Source: Eledone cirrhosa
Taxonomy: Eukaryota
NCBI GenBank assembly: GCA_964016885.1
Contig: OZ024763.1
Span: forward strand, 21,886,001 to 21,950,000
DNA length: 64,000 bases
Direction of reading: 5' to 3'
The notes beneath the pieces were generated by a model. That model was not told the DNA's origin and did not search any database. It worked only from the letters and a program-made list of their open reading frames with translations. Each line of letters starts with the position of its first letter. The stretch's first letter is position 1. This document shows positions 57,178 to 64,000 of the stretch, piece after piece. The translations under genes were made by a program, and so were the position numbers.

Positions 57178-57384
57178 TTAACCCTTTAGCATTGACCTTA
57201 TTTTATATATACTATTATATTTTAATGGTAAAAGCTTTACCTCACATAATTATCTCACATAATATCGAATCTATGAGATTTTGAAAGTATTTATTTTGAG
57301 AACAATACCTGTTACAGCGAGTTTCAACAGAAAGAGGTAAAGAATTCTGGCCGGTTTTGGCCAGTTAGAACACTAAAGGGTTAA
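57178..57384 (-). mobile_element. piggyBac-like MITE, uninterrupted single-unit copy (~200 bp)
   Basis: TTAA|CCCTTTAG ... CTAAAGGG|TTAA. Confidence 0.8.
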
Positions 57385-57847
57385 GAGATGCCTACTGGCT
57401 GTAGGTTTGAGTGCAAGGGAACACAGATAAATATATACATACAGTTCTGTATGAGCAAGACATAGTCACCTGACCTAGCATTGCGCACAACAGGACAACT
57501 CGTCTAACCCATGCTTGTGTGGAAGATTGGATGTAAAACGGTGATGATGATATATATATATATTTACATGCGTTCGGATCTAGCTCTCGAAACAGCCAGA
57601 GCTCAGCCGTCTGGGTCCTGACTCTTTTCCTATTTACATACATATATATATTTATATACATACACGCACAAATAAATATATATGTATATATATATTTACA
57701 TGTAAATAAATTTATATATTATATATATTATATAAGGAAAATGGCTATTGATTGTTACACAATAGCAAAGTCTGTAAAAGTCACGATAATTTTGACTATT
57801 TCACCAGAGAGAAAGATGTAACCTACCATCTCTTCCTTATTTCTAGT

Positions 57848-57881
<34 letters not shown>

Positions 57882-58212
57882 GCCATGTTGTTTATTGAAT
57901 ATTGAAAAGAAGAGAATAGGATGATAGCTGGGGGTGTGGTGCGGGGAAACAGTGGGGGTAAGGGTGGTGGAGGTTTTTTTTGTATACAATTACAGGAGCT
58001 ATTGCCTTCTACCAGTGATGCACTCTCATTTGCATATTTCATTCATCATCATCATCATCATCATCATTAGCATCATTGTTGTCATTACCATCATCATCAT
58101 CATCATCATCATATATATATATATATATATAAATGTGTGATTTTTAAAATGGAGTGGTTTCATATTTTATCTTTGTTGTTTTATTTATTTTTTATTCTAT
58201 TTTATTATATAT

Positions 58213-58550
58213 ATCATCATCATCAGGTCGAGCTTGCTCGGCTTTCTACGACACGTTTCCTCCATCCATCTCTGTCTCGCATAACATTTGCCAGTTCTTC
58301 CGCAGTGCATCCAGTATCATCCTCAAGTTGCTTGACGTATGTCTTCTTGGGACGACCAGCGTTTCTTGCTCCATGAGATGGACCCCATAACAACACATCA
58401 CCTGCTATTTCTTCCTTGCTGCGCCAACAGTGGCCAGCAAATTTGAGTCTCTGTCCACGTATTGACCTGCTGATGGGTGGTATATTGCCATAGAGATCCT
58501 TATTTGTTGGGTGTTCCCTCCAAGACACATTTAAAGCAGCACGGAGCATA
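58213..58550 (-). mobile_element. RTE-like LINE 3' end
   Basis: MLRAALNVSW..HPTN..LYG..RLKFAGHC..GRPKKTY..DRDGWR, then an (ATG)n tail. Confidence 0.82.
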
Positions 58551-58644
58551 TATGATATATATATATATATCATCATCATCATTTTACGTCCGCTTTTCCC
58601 TGCTTGCAAGGGTATACATATATATATATATTTATATATATATA

Positions 58645-58851
58645 ATGAAGGAAATGTGGTAAGGAACCAGATGGACCATAACGCACCAAAGTACTCAATA
58701 CTTAGGGTAGTAGAGTGAGTAATAGGAACAAGTAGGACCCCGGCGGCTGAGCTCAAGCCGTTTCGATGGCTAATTCTGGACTAAAATCATTTTAGTCCAG
58801 AATTAGCCGTCGAAACGGCTTGAGCTCAGCCATCAGGGTCCTACTTGTTCC

Positions 58852-58855
<4 letters not shown>
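58645..58855. mobile_element. Palindromic TA-flanked repeat
   Basis: Inverted arms of ~65 bp centred on ctaaaatcattttag. Related copies at 38506-38648 and, diverged, 57585-57635. Confidence 0.6.
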
Positions 58856-58882
<27 letters not shown>

Positions 58883-58932
58883 ATGATGATATGTATATAT
58901 TATTTCTATTATTTCTCTATATTTCTGTCCAG

Positions 58933-59126
58933 ATCCAAGACACAGTTGAAGCTATAGTTCAACACTTAATAGAATACCAAGAGAAACGTGTTAAATCTCG
59001 CAACCACAAGTGTGACATCTCCTGTGATAAAAACTGCCTGCATTCCAAATGCTGTAAGATTTCACCGAAAGGAGTTGAACCCAGTACAGGAGGAAGTGTC
59101 AACAGTAACAGCAATGACCATGGCAG
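58933..59126 (+). CDS. CAMTA: CAMTA exon after the CG-1 domain
   Basis: Acceptor ttctgtccag and donor gtaaat. IQDTVEAIVQHLIEYQ...HKC...KISPKGVEP resembles CAMTA1 VEQLVQQILDSH...ISPKVEP. Ends in phase 2. Confidence 0.88.
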
Positions 59127-59319
59127 GTAAATAATAAAAAAATATCTCTATTCTTTGGTTTTTTTAAATTAGTATTTTCTTTATTACTATATTTTAAACA
59201 TGGTTTTTTAGAATTATTATTTTATTTTTGTTATTATTATTAGGCCGGTGGATTGGAAGTATTGAGAGAGCGTCGGACAACATGCTTAGCAGCATAGAGT
59301 TACGGCTCTTTACTTTCTG

Positions 59320-60866
59320 AGTTCTTTATGGTGATCTGCCACAAGTTTCATTGAAAGTGTGATCCCATCACTTGGCTCTTACTGGTCATGTCTCCCACCA
59401 TGATGAACCTACTGGGAAAATGCCTCTCTGGCTACCAGATGCAAACTGTTTCTTTTTCTAGTTACCAGATGCAAATTGCTTCTCTCATCACCAGATGCAA
59501 ACTGCTTCTCTCTCTGGTCACCAGATGGAAACTGCTTCTTTCTCTCGTCACCAGATGCAAACTGCTTCTCTCTCTGGTCACCAGATGCAAACTGCTTCTT
59601 TCTCTCGTCACCAGATGCAAACTGCTTCTTTCTCTCGTCACCAGATGCAAACTGCTTCTTTCTCTCGTCACCAGATGCAAACTGCTTCTTTCTCTCGTCA
59701 CCAGATACAAACTGCTTCTTTCTCTCATCACCAGATGCAAACTGCTTCTCTCTCTGGTCACCAGATGCAAACTGCTTCTCTCTCTGGTCACCAGATGCAA
59801 ACTGCTTCTTTCTCTCGTCACCAGATGCAAACTGCTTCTCTCTCTGGTCACCAGATGCAAACTGCTTCTCTCTCTGGTCACCAGATGCAAACTGCTTCTC
59901 TCTCTGGTCACCAGATGCAAACTGCTTCTTTCTCTCGTCACCAGATGCAAACTGCTTCTCTCTCTGGTCACCAGATGCAAACTGCTTCTTTCTCTCGTCA
60001 CCAGATGCAAACTGCTTCTTTCTCTCGTCACCAGATGCAAACTGCTTCTTTCTCTCGTCACCAGATGCAAACTGCTTCTTTCTCTCGTCACCAGATGCAA
60101 ACTGCTTCTCTCTCTGGTCACCAGATGCAAACTGCTTCTCTCTCTGGTCACCAGATGCAAACTGCTTTCTCTCGTCACCAGATGCAAACTGCTTCTCTCT
60201 CTGGTCACCAGATGCAAACTGCTTCTTTCTCTCGTCACCAGATGCAAACTGTTTCTCTCTCTGGTCACCAGATGCAAACTGCTTCTTTCTCTCGTCACCA
60301 GATGCAAACTGCTTCTTTCTCTCGTCACCAGATGCAAACTGCTTCTTTCTCTCGTCACCAGATGCAAACTGTTTCTCTCTCTGGTCACCAGATGCAAACT
60401 GTTTCTCTCTCTGGTCACCAGATGCAAACTGTTTCTCTCTCTGGTCACTGGATACAAACTGCTTCTCTCTCTGGTCACCAGATGCAAACTGCTTCTTTCT
60501 CTCGTCACCAGATGCAAACTGCTTCTCTCTCTGGTCACCAGATGCAAGCTGCTTCTTTCTCTCGTCACCAGATGCAAACTGTTTCTCTCTCTGGTCACCA
60601 GATGCAAACTGCTTCTTTCTCTCGTCACCAGATGCAAACTGCTTCTTTCTCTCGTCACCAGATGCAAACTGTTTCTCTCTCTGGTCACCAGATGCAAACT
60701 GTTTCTCTCTCTGGTCACCAGATGCAAACTGTTTCTCTCTCTGGATACAAAGCTCCAAATAGGACATCCAGGCATAACCATCAGGACTCTGTCGGTGAGT
60801 GACACTGGCCTCACTTGACGGGATCTTCTTGCTGTGATGAGAGATCAGGAAGTCTGGAACAAGATC
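59320..60866 (+). mobile_element. Decayed RTE-like LINE 3' fragment split by a 30-bp minisatellite
   Basis: Left flank reads VLYGDLPQVS..LALTGHVSHHDEP..PLWLPDA. Right flank reads DTKLQIGHPGITIRTLSVSDTGLT*RDLLAVMRDQEVW. Both are colinear with the 58.2-58.5 kb RTE fragment. Confidence 0.72.
59435..60745. repeat. 30-bp minisatellite (~43 units)
   Basis: ccagatgcaaactgcttctYtctctSgtca, with two main variants. Confidence 0.95.
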
Positions 60867-61357
60867 TTTGTGCCGGCTTCATCTTTGATCCTTTAATAAA
60901 GGCATGACTCAAGAATAATAATAATTTTTTCATTGCTAGAGCTTATCCAGAAGATGGGGAGAATGTGGAGGATGGAGGACAGTTGCCCCAGGGGAAGGGG
61001 GTACTAGGTCTAGGGGACACACTGGTTTAGGGTATCCCCAAGTCAAGGGGCCCAATGCTAGTCTATGTATGCTGTGGTTCTGTGAGTAGGGGCCCGAATT
61101 TATGATGAGGATGATGATGACGATAATGATGATAATGACAGTAACAGCGATGATGATGATGACAGTGGTGATAATGACAACAACGATGAGGATGACAACA
61201 ACGATGATAATGATAATAACAATGATGATGACGACGATGAAAATGGCGATGAAAATGATGACAGTGTTTATTAGAGAAGAGAGGGAAGTAATAAACATCA
61301 TTTCCTTCATCTCACCTCATTCATTACTTTTTCTTTCTTTTTCCCTTTTCTGTCCAG

Positions 61358-62546
61358 GCTGGTCTCATTGCTGCAGAGGAACCGGGCCAACCGAGCAGCA
61401 GCAGCGGCAGCAGCAGCAGCAGCGGCGGCAGCAGCAGCAGGAGTAGCGACGACAGCACCAGTGAGTGAAGGTATGCTCATTACTACAGCCCCGTCCACCA
61501 GTGTGACGGACTCTTCAACATCGACCTCCGCGGATGTTGTGCCTCCCTCAACTCCGGTCATTTTTAACTTTGCAAACATACAAGGCAGCAACAGTCTACT
61601 CATCGTCAGTGGCCAGACGACTAATCCCCTCTCTATCATTTCGAACTCCATGACAAACCCACAGACCATGCCAAGCACTGGTCAGTCTGTCGGTCCGGCC
61701 ATACAATCCACGTTGGGGACTTCGGCACACACCTTGAATACAGAAATTAAAGTAGAACCCGGCAGCACCAGTTCGACAAATTCCGCGATCACACACTCAA
61801 CTTCTAATAGGGCGATGTTACCTGTTCCTATGGCAACAGAAATCTCAGAAACGGGTCATACTTCAAAAGATGTTCCAAAAGAAATCAGCATAAAGACTGA
61901 ACCCATCAACATATTCTCCCCTGCTTTCCATTTGTCCCACGACGATGTTCAAAACACTCTTCAGGCAACAGTATCATCCGCATCAGATTTCGCATCCACC
62001 TCTATGGACTCCAAAGATGTCGGTACTGACCTGACCAACTGTGATAATCTAACTCTAAACACTGCTTCTCTTCAGAACTCTGATCTCAGTTTGGATAGCC
62101 TAGACATTCTCGATCTGCCAGACCTGGAGAAACTCTATTCCAATATGGACCCCTCATCATCTGATCATTCTACATTCGATAGCATTAGCCGCGACTTCAT
62201 CACTTGTGCCAGCTGCTTAGATTCTCAGCGAACATCACAACAGCAACAAAATCCAGCACAGCAGGAAGAGCAACAGCAACAACAATCGCAGCAGCAGCAA
62301 ACACCACCACAACAACAACAACAACAGCAGCAGCAGCCACAAACTCATCATCATCAGCACCATCATACACAACAGACTGGGCAGTCGCAGTCACATCATA
62401 ATTCAGGAGGACAGCAGGGTCAGCCATCGTCACAATCCCAGCATACCATTCTCCCAGATTCAAGCATCCCGCAGTCGTCAGAGTCACACTCAAATTCTGA
62501 ACAAGCCCCAATAACAGATTTTTGCCCAGAGTGGTCATATACAGAG
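61358..62546 (+). CDS. CAMTA: CAMTA large low-complexity exon (polyAla, Ser/Thr-rich, polyGln) ending at the start of the IPT/TIG domain
   Basis: Polypyrimidine tract plus tgtccag acceptor. Phase 2 start matches the previous exon (AG+G). Ends ITDFCPEWSYTE|gtaggt, the CAMTA TIG-domain start (ITDFSPEWSY). Confidence 0.92.
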
Positions 62547-63065
62547 GTAGGTTTCTATATTCTTTTTATTAAATTCTCAAGAAGCCTCAATAACATATTT
62601 TTGTCCAGAGGGGTCATATACATAAGTAGGTTTGTTTCATTTTCTTATCAAATTCTGAACAAGATCCAGTAATAAAGTGTTGCCCTAGGGGGATTATATA
62701 CAGAGATAGGTTTGTCTATTTTCTAAAATAAATTCTTAACAAGCCCCAGTAACAGATTTTTGCCCAGAGAGTCATATACATAAGAAGGTTTGTTTCATTT
62801 TTTTATCAAGTTCTGAACAAACCGCAGTAATATATTTTTGCCAGAGTGGTCATATGCAGAGGTAGGTTTCTATATTCTTTTTATTAAATCCTCAACAAGC
62901 CTCAGTAACAAATTTTCACCCAGGGGAGTTATATACACAAGTAGGTTTTATTTCACTTTCTTATTAAATCTGAACAAGCCCAATGACACATTTTTCCCCC
63001 GGGGGGATTCATATGCATAAGTAGGTTTGTTTATTCTCTTATTAAATTCTGAACAAGTCCTCAAT
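62495..63065 (+). repeat. Diverged ~79-bp tandem repeat containing the CAMTA exon end and splice donor
   Basis: About 7 units of ctgaacaagcccca.taaca.atttt.cccag.g.gtcatata....agtaggttt. Confidence 0.8.
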
Positions 63066-63104
63066 GCCAATATTGGTCTGGTTGGTGATGTGGTATTCTA
63101 CACA

Positions 63105-63162
63105 CAGACACACACTCACACACACACACACACACACTCACACTCACACTCACACACACACA

Positions 63163-63215
<53 letters not shown>

Positions 63216-64000
63216 ACACATACACACACATACACACACAGACACTCACACACAGACACACACACACAGACACACACACAGACACACACACACAGACACA
63301 GACACACACATACACACACACAGACACACACACAGACACACACACACACACAGACACACACACAGACACACACAGACACACACACACACACGCGCGCGCA
63401 CAGACACACACACACACACACAGAGACACACACACAGACAAACACACACAGACACACACACACACACACACATACACACACACAGACACACATACACAGA
63501 CACACACACACACATACACACACACATACACACACACAGACACACACACAGACAGACACACACACACATACACACATACATATATAAATGTCCTTGTACG
63601 TACACAAATGCATGTACTAACACATACATATTTGTCAATACATACACATTTACTAACACACACATTTGCTAACACACACACATGTACACACCATCACACA
63701 CATGTACACACTAACACACACACTTACACATGTACACAGACATGTCCACACTAGCACATACGCACATGTACCAACATATACACACACGAACACACACTCA
63801 TACACACATGTACACAGGCATGTCCAAACTAACACACACACACACATGTACCAACATATACACTCTCACATTAACATACACACACACACACACATGTAGC
63901 AACATGTACACTCTCACACTAACACACACACACACATGTACCAACATGTACACTCTCACACTGACACACACACACACACATGTACCAACATATACACTCT
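63105..64000. repeat. (CA)n compound microsatellite
   Basis: Direct inspection. Comparable (TA)/(TG)/(CA) tracts at 1-294, 901-1214, 7615-8420, 9145-9540, 17890-18550, 18735-19380, 21765-22208, 23419-23606 and 41615-42060. Confidence 0.95.

Noticed and set aside
59388-60818. Five overlapping ORFs of 428-476 aa
   Set aside because: Artefact of a 30-bp minisatellite open in several frames.

Overview
AT-rich, microsatellite-saturated animal genomic DNA. The SINE/LINE complement suggests a coleoid cephalopod such as Octopus (inference). Most ORFs in the supplied track are translations of simple repeats. Protein-coding content: four phase-compatible + strand exons of a CAMTA transcription activator (27037-27175, a 47-nt micro-exon at 38045-38091 absent from the ORF track, 58933-59126, 61358-62546), and an intronless, disabled retrocopy of the KIAA1109/BLTP1 C-terminus (~3381-6223). 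The rest is mobile elements: a 5'-truncated Tx1-like LINE with a 26-bp TSD, RLE- and RTE-type LINE fragments, two tRNA-SINE families, and piggyBac-, hAT- and Tc2-like MITEs. Two patterns stand out. First, at least six different minimal hammerhead-ribozyme motifs sit in short, often palindromic, (TA)n-embedded elements resembling Penelope-like pseudo-LTRs, and three are sense to the CAMTA pre-mRNA. Second, several tandem arrays were visibly born inside a MITE, a SINE core, a LINE ORF and a CAMTA splice donor. All calls were made by eye; no database searches were run.
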